Part shown: positions 25,518 through 32,308 of the stretch, piece by piece | How the letters are laid out: every line of letters begins with the position of its first letter | How positions within the stretch are numbered: position 1 is the first letter of the stretch | Origin: an uncultured Clostridia bacterium | GTDB lineage: Bacteria > Bacillota > Clostridia > Oscillospirales > CAG-272 | Length of the DNA: 34,905 nucleotides | NCBI GenBank assembly: GCA_904502055.1 | Contig: CAJGDZ010000002.1 | Span: 1 to 34,905, forward strand | Direction: 5' to 3' | Notes under the pieces: model-generated | What the model saw: only the letters and a program-made list of their open reading frames with translations | Databases searched by the model: none | What the model was told of the DNA's origin: nothing | Position numbers and translations under genes: made by a program

Positions 25518-26360
25518 TTATTCTCCCTTGCCAAGAATCTGCTTGCGATACTGCGAGGGCGAGATGCCGTAGTATGCCTTGAACTTCTTGCTGAAATACA
25601 GTGCATCCTCAAAGCCGAGCATTTCGGCGATCTCACCCATCGGGATCTCGGAAATGCTTACCAGCTCGCGTGCCTTTTGCATCAGAAGGTCGGATTTGTA
25701 CTTGGAGGGCGAGCAGCCCTTGCAGGCCGAGAACAGGTGAATGAAGTGGTATTTGCTGATGCCACACATTTTTGCATACTCCTCATTCTTGTACCAGGTG
25801 CGGTAATTCTGCTCCATGGCCTTAAGAGCCGGCAGGAGAATGTCGTAGCGCTCGCCCGCCTTGGCGGCACGGTCGGTCAGACGCGCCATCTCGGCAAACA
25901 GCATAATAAAGAGCGAGTTGCACTTGGTAATGTGACAGTATTCGCCGTATGTATATTCCTTGATGATGAGATTGAGCGCCTTGCAGATGCCGCCGTCCAC
26001 GTCGATGAAAAAGTGGTTGCCGCAATCAAAGCCGCAATCGGCGAGTACATCCTCCACGCACGTGCCCGAAAAGTGTGCCCAATAATAGGAAATGGTATCT
26101 CCGTCATAGCTTCCGTAGACCTGCGGCTCGCCCGGGCGGAAGAGGATGAGGTTGCCCGCGCCGAGGTCAACACGCTTACCGTCAAGCTCAAAATACATGG
26201 TTCCGTCTACAAGGTAGATCAGGTGATAATCCGCGCGCCCCTTTTTGTTGTCCGAGAAGATGCGCGTGGTCATATCGGTGCAAAGACCGCAGTTTCCGAT
26301 CTCAAGATATTTGCTGCTGGCAATGTCCTTTGCCGAGGAATGTGTCTGAACGATTTTCAT
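25518..26360 (-). CDS. AraC-family transcriptional regulator (cupin-like sensor plus C-terminal HTH pair)
   Basis: 280 aa. C-terminal EEYAKMCGISKYHFIHLFSACKGCSPSKY...IAEMLGFEDALYFSKKFKAYYGISPSQYR is the AraC HTH signature. Confidence 0.9.
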   Translation of the reverse strand: MKIVQTHSSAKDIASSKYLEIGNCGLCTDMTTRIFSDNKKGRADYHLIYLVDGTMYFELDGKRVDLGAGNLILFRPGEPQVYGSYDGDTISYYWAHFSGTCVEDVLADCGFDCGNHFFIDVDGGICKALNLIIKEYTYGEYCHITKCNSLFIMLFAEMARLTDRAAKAGERYDILLPALKAMEQNYRTWYKNEEYAKMCGISKYHFIHLFSACKGCSPSKYKSDLLMQKARELVSISEIPMGEIAEMLGFEDALYFSKKFKAYYGISPSQYRKQILGKGE

Positions 26361-26412
26361 GGAAAAGATGTCCTTTCACAGTTTATATTTCATATGAGAA
26401 TATCTGCTTTTA

Positions 26413-26441
26413 GAATATCACATTTTATGCGTTGTGTCAAT
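26413..26441 (-). promoter_or_regulatory. Sigma-A promoter of the AraC-HAD operon
   Basis: Minus strand: TTGACA (plus 26436-26441), 17 bp, TGA-TATTCT. The 8-mer GATATTCT occurs twice 15 bp apart (plus AGAATATC at 26398-26405 and 26413-26420); one copy is the -10. Confidence 0.55.
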
Positions 26442-26500
26442 AGAAAACAACATCATTTTCCATATTTTTATATGTTCTTCGAGGAATCCGAGACAGGGGA

Positions 26501-26529
26501 TTGACAAAGGGGGAATTTTGTTATATAAT
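26501..26529 (+). promoter_or_regulatory. Consensus sigma-A promoter of the Thr/Pro/Glu-rich lipoprotein gene
   Basis: TTGACA (26501-26506), 17 bp, TATAAT (26524-26529). Confidence 0.7.
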
Positions 26530-26560
26530 CAATATGAATCAATTTATTTTGGGGTGTTTT

Positions 26561-27304
26561 ATGAAGAAATGCTTATTGCTGTTTCTTGTGGGACTTTTGG
26601 CCGTTGTTTTGCTGACGTCCTGCAGGAAGGATCCCTCTGAGACCAATTGGTATAAGGATTGGTTTAATCGGGACGAGACTACGACGTTGCCTGTGGAAAC
26701 GACGACGGAGCCGAAGGAAACAACGACGGAGCCTGTCGATATTACGGAGCCGGAGGAAACAACATCTGTGCCCGCGGAAACGACGCTTACGCCCGAGGAG
26801 ACCACCCTCACGCCCGAGGAGACTACGACTGCTCCGCCCGAAACAACGACCGAGCCCGATTGGAATTGGGATTATGATTATGATTACGATCCGCCTGCGG
26901 TGACGACCACAAAGCCCTCCGAAACCACGGCAACGCCCGAGGAGACGACCGTGCCTGAGGAGACGACCGTGCCTGAGGAGACGACCGCGCCCGAGGGGCC
27001 TGCCGATCCCGAGGCGGTGTTTACCATTACTTACGTTTTGAACGGCGGTAGGCTTCCGGACGATGCTGTTGACCGCTTCAATGGCTACTCGCCCGTGCCG
27101 CTTCCCACGCCGACTAGAGCGGGATACTCTTTTCAGGGCTGGTATACGGTGGCCGATTTTTCGGGTCATGCCGTGGACGAGATCGCTTTCGGAACCTCCT
27201 GCGATCAGATCTTTTACGCCAAGTGGAAATCCCTTGAGCCCGAGGAGTCTATGCCCGGACTCTGGTTCCCCATTATTCCGTTGCCGTCGGACAGTGACAA
27301 ATGA
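26561..27304 (+). CDS. Lipoprotein with long Thr/Pro/Glu-rich repeat linker and a C-terminal Listeria-Bacteroides (Flg_new-type) repeat-like domain
   Basis: Preferred ATG 26561 (MKKCLLLFLVGLLAVVLLTSC lipobox). ETTTEP/PEETT repeats and the unusual DWNWDYDYDYDPP motif. C-terminal FTITYVLNGG...RAGYSFQGWY...IFYAKW matches the Flg_new repeat pattern. Confidence 0.75.
   Translation: MKKCLLLFLVGLLAVVLLTSCRKDPSETNWYKDWFNRDETTTLPVETTTEPKETTTEPVDITEPEETTSVPAETTLTPEETTLTPEETTTAPPETTTEPDWNWDYDYDYDPPAVTTTKPSETTATPEETTVPEETTVPEETTAPEGPADPEAVFTITYVLNGGRLPDDAVDRFNGYSPVPLPTPTRAGYSFQGWYTVADFSGHAVDEIAFGTSCDQIFYAKWKSLEPEESMPGLWFPIIPLPSDSDK
26789..26830 (+). repeat. Imperfect 2 x 21-bp in-frame tandem repeat (TPEETTL/TPEETTT)
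   Basis: acgcccgaggagac is shared at 26789 and 26810; the last 7 nt of each unit differ. Confidence 0.8.
26939..26992 (+). repeat. 3 x 18-bp in-frame tandem repeat (EETTVP/EETTVP/EETTAP)
   Basis: gaggagacgaccgtgcct occurs twice perfectly (26939-26956 and 26957-26974). The third unit (26975-26992) has 2 mismatches. Confidence 0.9.
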
Positions 27305-27744
27305 GTGAGCTAAGGCAAATTGAAGAATATTTGGCGGAAAACGGCATATACGTGGGATTGACGAGAGGGGTAAGCATGCGCCCGATGCTTCGTGAGGGGC
27401 GTGATACCATCCTGATCTCGCCTGTGAGCGGTCGGCTGAAGAAATATGACGTGCCGCTTTATCGCCGCGGCGAGGATTACGTGCTTCACCGTGTGGTCAA
27501 GGTGCGCGCGGAGGATTACGTGATCTGCGGAGACAACTGCCTGCGGAAGGAGTATGGAATTACCGACGGGCAGGTGGTTGGTGTGCTTTCGGGCTTTCGC
27601 CGCGGTGAGAAATACGTGGCGATCGACAGCAAGCGTTACCGTCTTTATGCAAGAGTATGGGTGGCGATCTATCCGATCCGTTTTGTTTTTATGTATTTGC
27701 GGGCAATCGCCGTCGGATGCATTCACCGTATTTTCAAAAAGTGA
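27301..27744 (+). CDS. S24/S26-family (signal-peptidase/LexA-fold) peptidase-like protein with a C-terminal hydrophobic segment
   Basis: ATGA overlap with the lipoprotein stop. GVSMRPML is a Ser-nucleophile box. VLHRVVKV sits where S26 enzymes have the KRV box. ICGDN is GDN-box-like. C-terminal VWVAIYPIRFVFMYLRAIAVGCI is hydrophobic. Confidence 0.6.
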   Translation: MSELRQIEEYLAENGIYVGLTRGVSMRPMLREGRDTILISPVSGRLKKYDVPLYRRGEDYVLHRVVKVRAEDYVICGDNCLRKEYGITDGQVVGVLSGFRRGEKYVAIDSKRYRLYARVWVAIYPIRFVFMYLRAIAVGCIHRIFKK

Positions 27745-27748
27745 AAAA

Positions 27749-27784
27749 GCCGAGGCTTTTGCTTTCGAGCGCCTCGGTTTTTTT
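27749..27784 (+). terminator. Strong intrinsic terminator directly abutting the mntP ribosome-binding site
   Basis: GCCGAGGC...GCT-TTCG-AGC-GCCTCGG followed by T7 (27778-27784). GGAGG starts at 27786 and the mntP ATG is at 27794. Confidence 0.75.
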
Positions 27785-27793
27785 GGAGGAAAA

Positions 27794-28420
27794 ATGAAGG
27801 AAGAGCTGATTTTTATTTTTAACAGTATTTTGCTGGGTCTTGGCCTTGCAATGGATGCCTTTTCGGTCTCGCTGGCCAACGGTATGGGCGAGCCGCGGAT
27901 GCGTACGCACAAGATGTGCGGCGTGGCCGGCGTTTTTGCGGTCTTTCAGGGGCTGATGCCGATGATCGGCTGGCTGTGCGTGCACACGATGGCGCAGAAA
28001 TTTACGGCGTTTGCGCCCTTCATTCCGTGGATCGCGCTTGTTTTGCTCGGTTACATCGGTATAAAAATGCTGGCGGAGGGCGTTGAGTGTCACCGCGCCA
28101 CCAAGGCCATTGAGGTGGGAAATGCCTCGGAGGCGGTGGGCAAGGCCTGCCGGCAAAGCATTGGCCTTGGCGCACTGCTTGTGCAGGGCGTGGCCACCTC
28201 GATCGATGCGCTGACCGTGGGCTTCACCATTGCCGAATACACCTGGCTTCCCGCGCTTCTTTGCGCGCTGATCATTGCGGTGATCACCTTTCTTATCTGC
28301 TTTATCGGGATCGCGATCGGTAAACGCTTTGGCGTGGCGCTTTCGGGCAAGGCGTCGATCTTTGGCGGCGTGATTCTGATTTTGATCGGGATCGAAATTT
28401 TCCTCAAGGGCATCCTTTGA
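27794..28420 (+). CDS. mntP: Manganese efflux pump MntP
   Basis: ATG 27794 with GGAGG upstream. LGLGLAMDAFSVSLANG in the N-terminal half and a repeated SIDALTVGF-type motif in the second half (the two-DUF204 architecture of MntP). 208 aa. Confidence 0.85.
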   Translation: MKEELIFIFNSILLGLGLAMDAFSVSLANGMGEPRMRTHKMCGVAGVFAVFQGLMPMIGWLCVHTMAQKFTAFAPFIPWIALVLLGYIGIKMLAEGVECHRATKAIEVGNASEAVGKACRQSIGLGALLVQGVATSIDALTVGFTIAEYTWLPALLCALIIAVITFLICFIGIAIGKRFGVALSGKASIFGGVILILIGIEIFLKGIL

Positions 28421-28454
28421 TAATTTTTTAACAGCAAAAGCAAAAAAATGTCTT

Positions 28455-28488
28455 TTTGGGGCGGCGTGGCCGCCCCAAAGTTGTTTTG
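28455..28488 (+). terminator. Intrinsic terminator after mntP
   Basis: TTTGGGGCGGC-GTG-GCCGCCCCAAA followed by GTTGTTTTG. Confidence 0.65.
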
Positions 28489-28601
28489 TGCTAAAAAAAC
28501 CAAAAGAAAAATAGGATTGTCACTTGCAAGGCGTGGGAAAAAGCGATACAATAAAGTCGGATATTTGCTAAAAAAATATCTTTGAAAGGTAAATTTTCGT
28601 C

Positions 28602-28631
28602 TTGACGCGAAACGGGGCGTCGTGATATAAT
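28602..28631 (+). promoter_or_regulatory. Sigma-A promoter of lipoprotein paralog 1
   Basis: TTGACG (28602-28607), 18 bp, TGA-TATAAT (28623-28631). The inverted repeat GATATTT-N7-AAATATC (28560-28580) lies just upstream. Confidence 0.6.
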
Positions 28632-28683
28632 TTTACCGTAAAATACGAATTTGCGCAAGGATTGTGCAGGGAAAGGAATGCGA

Positions 28684-30192
28684 ATGAAAACAGTAAAGGC
28701 TTTCTCTTTTTTGTTGACGCTTCTGATGCTGATCTCCGCCTTTGTCGCGTGCGGCAATACGCCGGCGGAAACCACGGGGAAGCCGGGAGGCTCGTCCGTA
28801 GACAAGCCCGATGACGATCAACAGGAGATCGAGGACACCGTTCCCACCGATCTGAATTACGCGGGGGAAACGGTCACCTTCCTGACGCGTGACAACAAGG
28901 AAAAATATAAGTATGAGCTGGCGTGTGACGAGCTTCTGAACGACACGCTGTACGACGCGATCCACTATCGCAACATTGATGTGGAAACGCGCCTGGGTCT
29001 CAAATTCAGGACCCTGGGACGGGACGGCTCCTACAGCAATTTCGCACAGTGGAACGAGGCGCTTTCGATCTCGGTTCTGACCAACACCGGTGACTATGAC
29101 GGTGCGGCGTTCTATCTGTCCACGGGCAGCTCGCTGGCCAAGGATGGCATCTTTTATAATCTTTTTGAGCTTAGCGACGATACAAACGGCTACCTGAATT
29201 TCGAAAAGCCCTGGTGGAACCAGAGCATGACCGAAGAGCTTGCCGCTTTTGGCTCGCTGTTTTTTGCGGGCGGCTCGCTGACCGTCAGCCAGGTAGAGGA
29301 CGGTATATGCGTCTTCTTTAACCGCGATATGTTTAACGAGCTGTACCCCGGAGAGAGAGACGCGACGCTGTATCAGCTTGTCCGTGACGGAAATTGGACG
29401 GCGGACAAGATGGCGGCTTACGTTTCGGAGGCTTGGACCGACGTCAATTCCAACGGCGTGATCGACGACGGTGACATTGTCGGCACGAGAAATCACGCGA
29501 TGGGTAATTCCGCAGGTCAGATGGATGCGTGGGTGGTCGGTATGGGGCTTCGCTATACCGAGACCAATGCATACGGTGAGCCCGAGATCGCTCTTCTGAG
29601 CGGTAACATCGTTCCCGCCTATGAAAAGGTACGTAACATCTTCGGCAATAACCCCGGTGCTCTTCTGACTACCGAGGAGGCGGTGGAAACGACCATAGAA
29701 AACGGCAACGTGCTCTTCTACACCACGGCACTCAACCAAGGCTCTGAGATGCGCAATTCTACCGTCAATTTCGGCGTGCTTCCCATTCCGAAGTACGATG
29801 CGGATCAGGAGGACTACTACACCTGCTTCGGCAACGAGTCCTCGGCGATCGCGGTATGCTCCAACCTTGGCGATGACAGAGCCGCTATGGTGAGCGCGGT
29901 GCTGGAGCTTCTCTCCGCGGAGGGCTACAAGCAGGTGCTTCCCGTATATTACGGAACGGTTCTCAAGGGTCACTATTCGCGCGAGCAGGCCGATGCCGAA
30001 ATGTACGACAAGATCCTCAGCTCCTTCGTGTTCTCCTTTGGCTTTGCCTATTCCACACACAATCTCGGTGCGATCGGAAGCATTTTCCGCGATCTGTCGC
30101 CCACCTTTGATATGCAGAATTATATCGACAGTAACAAGGTTACTTGGTCGAACAAGCTGACGGAGCTTCTTTCTGCACTTGAAGCCGTATAA
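28684..30192 (+). CDS. Paralog 1: large extracellular solute-binding-type lipoprotein (family-1 carbohydrate ABC receptor-like)
   Basis: GGGAAAGGA lies 7 nt before ATG 28684. Lipobox SAFVAC. Blocks YELACDELLNDTLYDAIHYRNIDVE, VLTNTGDYD, KPWWNQSM, FFNRDMFNEL, VRDGNWTADKM, DVNSNGVIDDGD, GVLPIPKYD and KGHYSREQADAEMYDKI match my recollection of the ~500-aa Firmicutes sugar-binding lipoproteins. Confidence 0.75.
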   Translation: MKTVKAFSFLLTLLMLISAFVACGNTPAETTGKPGGSSVDKPDDDQQEIEDTVPTDLNYAGETVTFLTRDNKEKYKYELACDELLNDTLYDAIHYRNIDVETRLGLKFRTLGRDGSYSNFAQWNEALSISVLTNTGDYDGAAFYLSTGSSLAKDGIFYNLFELSDDTNGYLNFEKPWWNQSMTEELAAFGSLFFAGGSLTVSQVEDGICVFFNRDMFNELYPGERDATLYQLVRDGNWTADKMAAYVSEAWTDVNSNGVIDDGDIVGTRNHAMGNSAGQMDAWVVGMGLRYTETNAYGEPEIALLSGNIVPAYEKVRNIFGNNPGALLTTEEAVETTIENGNVLFYTTALNQGSEMRNSTVNFGVLPIPKYDADQEDYYTCFGNESSAIAVCSNLGDDRAAMVSAVLELLSAEGYKQVLPVYYGTVLKGHYSREQADAEMYDKILSSFVFSFGFAYSTHNLGAIGSIFRDLSPTFDMQNYIDSNKVTWSNKLTELLSALEAV

Positions 30193-30214
30193 TAACCCCT
30201 TTCCTTTTTGTTAG

Positions 30215-30260
30215 GGTGCCACGGGCACCCGGGGCTGCCGCCTTGCGGCAGCCTTTTTTT
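30215..30260 (+). terminator. Tandem-hairpin intrinsic terminator after paralog 1
   Basis: GGGTGCC-ACG-GGCACCC, then GGCTGCCG-CCTTG-CGGCAGCC, then T7 (30254-30260). Confidence 0.8.
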
Positions 30261-30373
30261 GACGGAATCTCCATGTTTTATGACAGAAAATCCATTTTAA
30301 ACTCTAAAGGAGTTATTGTATAATAAAAATGAAAAATACATATTTTTACGTTTTGCTCCGATTCGAAATAAAA

Positions 30374-30408
30374 GTAAAAAATACAATAAAAAAGGTAAAA
30401 AATGCAAT
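30374..30408 (+). repeat. Two 14-bp direct repeats phased 21 bp apart just upstream of the paralog 2 promoter
   Basis: GTAAAAAATACAAT (30374-30387) and GTAAAAAATGCAAT (30395-30408), one mismatch. Confidence 0.7.
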
Positions 30409-30436
30409 TCCGTATATTTTTTTATTATGTTATAAT
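30408..30436 (+). promoter_or_regulatory. Probable promoter of paralog 2 (good extended -10, poor -35)
   Basis: TGT-TATAAT (30428-30436). The -35 position reads TTCCGT. An alternative TTTAAA-17-TATAAT lies at 30296-30324. Confidence 0.45.
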
Positions 30437-30484
30437 AAAATCAAACCAAACGGAAAGCTATTTGCATAGCAGAAAGGAAGAACC

Positions 30485-31996
30485 ATGAAATCAGCCAAAA
30501 TTTTTTCGCTTGTTCTGGCGGTTCTGATGCTTGTCACATCGCTCGTCGCGTGTGCCGACACGCCGGGCGAGACGACCGGGCAAAAGGGAAATCAGAGCAC
30601 GGTGAACGGAGACGATGACCGTCAGCAGATTGGGGATACCGTTCCGACCGACCTTGCCTATCCCGGCGAAACGGTGACCTTTTTTGTCCGTGATCAAGCC
30701 GATCGCTATAAATACGAGCTGGCCTGTGACGAGCTGCTCAACGACACGCTTTTTGATGCCATTCATTACCGCAATATTGACGTGGAGACGCGGTTGGGTC
30801 TGAAGATCCGGACTGTCGGTCAGAACGGCGCCTACGAGAACTTCAGCAAGTGGAACGAGACGCTTTCCACCTCGGTGCTTACCAATACGGGCGACTATGA
30901 CGGTACGGCTTTCTATCTCTCGACCGGAAGCGCACTGGCCAAGGACGGCATCTTCTACAACCTTCTGGAGCTGACCGATTACACGGACGGTTATTTGAAT
31001 TTTGACCAGCCCTGGTGGAATCAAAGTATGACCGAGGAGCTGGCCGCCTTTGGTGCGCTCTTCTTTGCGGGCGGCTCGCTGACCATCACGCAGGTCACTG
31101 CCGGTGGCTGTGTGTTCTTCAACCGTGATTTCTTCAACGAGCTTTTCCCCGAAGAGGGAGACGCGACGCTGTATCAGCTTGTCCGCGACGGCAAGTGGAC
31201 GGCGGATAAGATGGCCGCTTACGTTGCCGAGGGCTGGACTGACGTCAACTCCAACGGTGTGATCGACGACGGAGACGCCGTCGGCACGCGCAACCATGCC
31301 ATCGGTAAGGCGGCAGGGCATATGGACGCGTGGATCGTGGCGATGGGACTTCGCTTTACCCAGACCAACGTGTACGGCGAGCCTGAGCTTGCGCTCCTGA
31401 GCGGCAACGTTTTTCCCGCCTACGAAAAGGTGCGTAACATCTTCGGCAACAACCCCGGCGCGTACCTTACCACCAACCAGGCCAACGAGACCTGCTTTGA
31501 GAACGGAAACATGATGTTCCTTGCCGGCGTACTCGGCCACGGCTCAGAGCTTCGCAACACCACGGTAAATTACGGCGTGCTTCCCATTCCGAAATATGAT
31601 GAGGCACAGGATGATTACTATACCGGTTTTGGTAACGATGCTTCGGCGCTTGCCATCTGCTCTAACCTCGACAGCGACCGAGCCGCCATGGTGAGCGCGG
31701 TGCTTGAGGTGCTTTCGGCCGAGAGCTACAAGCAGGTGCTTCCCGCCTACTACGAAACGGTACTCAAGGGACATTATTCGCGCGAGCAGGCGGATGCCGA
31801 GATGTACGATAAGATCCTTGGATCCTTTGTGTTCTCGTTCGGCTTTGCTTATTCCACGCACAACCTCGGCGGCATTGGAAGCATCTTCCGCGATCTCTCT
31901 CCCACCTTTGATATGCAGAATCATATCGATAGCAATAAGGAGACCTGGAACGCGCAGCTCACCGAGCTTTTGGAGGCACTTGAGGCGGTTTCCTGA
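30485..31996 (+). CDS. Paralog 2: solute-binding-type lipoprotein
   Basis: GAAAGGAAG precedes ATG 30485. Lipobox SLVAC. Collinear with paralog 1 over the full length, with most aligned residues identical by eye. Confidence 0.75.
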   Translation: MKSAKIFSLVLAVLMLVTSLVACADTPGETTGQKGNQSTVNGDDDRQQIGDTVPTDLAYPGETVTFFVRDQADRYKYELACDELLNDTLFDAIHYRNIDVETRLGLKIRTVGQNGAYENFSKWNETLSTSVLTNTGDYDGTAFYLSTGSALAKDGIFYNLLELTDYTDGYLNFDQPWWNQSMTEELAAFGALFFAGGSLTITQVTAGGCVFFNRDFFNELFPEEGDATLYQLVRDGKWTADKMAAYVAEGWTDVNSNGVIDDGDAVGTRNHAIGKAAGHMDAWIVAMGLRFTQTNVYGEPELALLSGNVFPAYEKVRNIFGNNPGAYLTTNQANETCFENGNMMFLAGVLGHGSELRNTTVNYGVLPIPKYDEAQDDYYTGFGNDASALAICSNLDSDRAAMVSAVLEVLSAESYKQVLPAYYETVLKGHYSREQADAEMYDKILGSFVFSFGFAYSTHNLGGIGSIFRDLSPTFDMQNHIDSNKETWNAQLTELLEALEAVS

Positions 31997-32079
31997 TTCT
32001 GTGATCTGCCGTGGCGCGGCGAGAATGTTTTTGAGCGGAATTTTGCCGTTTTTCTAAGCCGATTATGTCCGTTTTCGTA

Positions 32080-32108
32080 TTTACTTTTATTATGGGTCTT
32101 GCTATAAT
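32080..32108 (+). promoter_or_regulatory. Promoter-like element inside the paralog 2-3 spacer, upstream of the CU-rich motif
   Basis: TTTACT (32080-32085), 17 bp, TGC-TATAAT (32100-32108). Confidence 0.4.
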
Positions 32109-32114
32109 AAATAC

Positions 32115-32209
32115 AGAACGCGCGAGATGCGTAAAAGAATTCGAAAATTGTGTTATAACCCCTTTCCCCTTTCCCTTGGCTACTGCCGTTTTGGCAGTAG
32201 CCATTTTTT
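32115..32209 (+). ncRNA. Candidate ~95-nt small RNA or 3'UTR-derived RNA carrying an unpaired CU-rich motif
   Basis: The predicted start lies just after the 32103-32108 -10 box. CCCCTTTCCCCTTTCCC at 32159-32175. Perfect 10-bp terminator stem GGCTACTGCC/GGCAGTAGCC (32178-32202) followed by T6. No ORF. Confidence 0.3.
32178..32209 (+). terminator. Strong intrinsic terminator (serves paralog 2 and/or the candidate small RNA)
   Basis: Perfect 10-bp stem, 5-nt loop, A then T6 (32204-32209). Confidence 0.85.
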
Positions 32210-32234
32210 GAAGGAAATTCTTGTTAAAATAAAC

Positions 32235-32263
32235 TTGTCAAAACGTGTATTTTGTGTTAAAAT
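32235..32263 (+). promoter_or_regulatory. Sigma-A promoter of paralog 3
   Basis: TTGTCA (32235-32240), 17 bp, TGT-TAAAAT (32255-32263). Confidence 0.6.
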
Positions 32264-32308
32264 AGGTATGGATGGAACGTTTCTTAAAAAAAGAAAGGAA
32301 GAAAAACA

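Noticed and set aside
27600-27793. yybP-ykoY Mn2+ riboswitch upstream of mntP
   Set aside because: Only 49 nt separate the genes, and a plain terminator fills that gap. The preceding sequence is coding, and I see no conserved riboswitch core.
10574-28683. N-terminal extensions offered by the ORF track (10574, 16801, 21232, 21246, 26501, 27554, 28651; also 1059, 4543, 6282, 7739, 9139)
   Set aside because: The extensions cross promoters, terminators or upstream stop codons and lack an RBS. Internal starts with good SD spacing give the family-typical N-termini, signal peptides or lipoboxes.
30329-30469. 46-codon ORF (MKNTYFYVLLRFEIKVKN...) in the paralog 1-2 spacer
   Set aside because: It has no RBS. 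Its Lys/Ile/Asn/Phe/Tyr composition is what AT-rich non-coding DNA translates to, and it overlaps the paralog 2 promoter and RBS.
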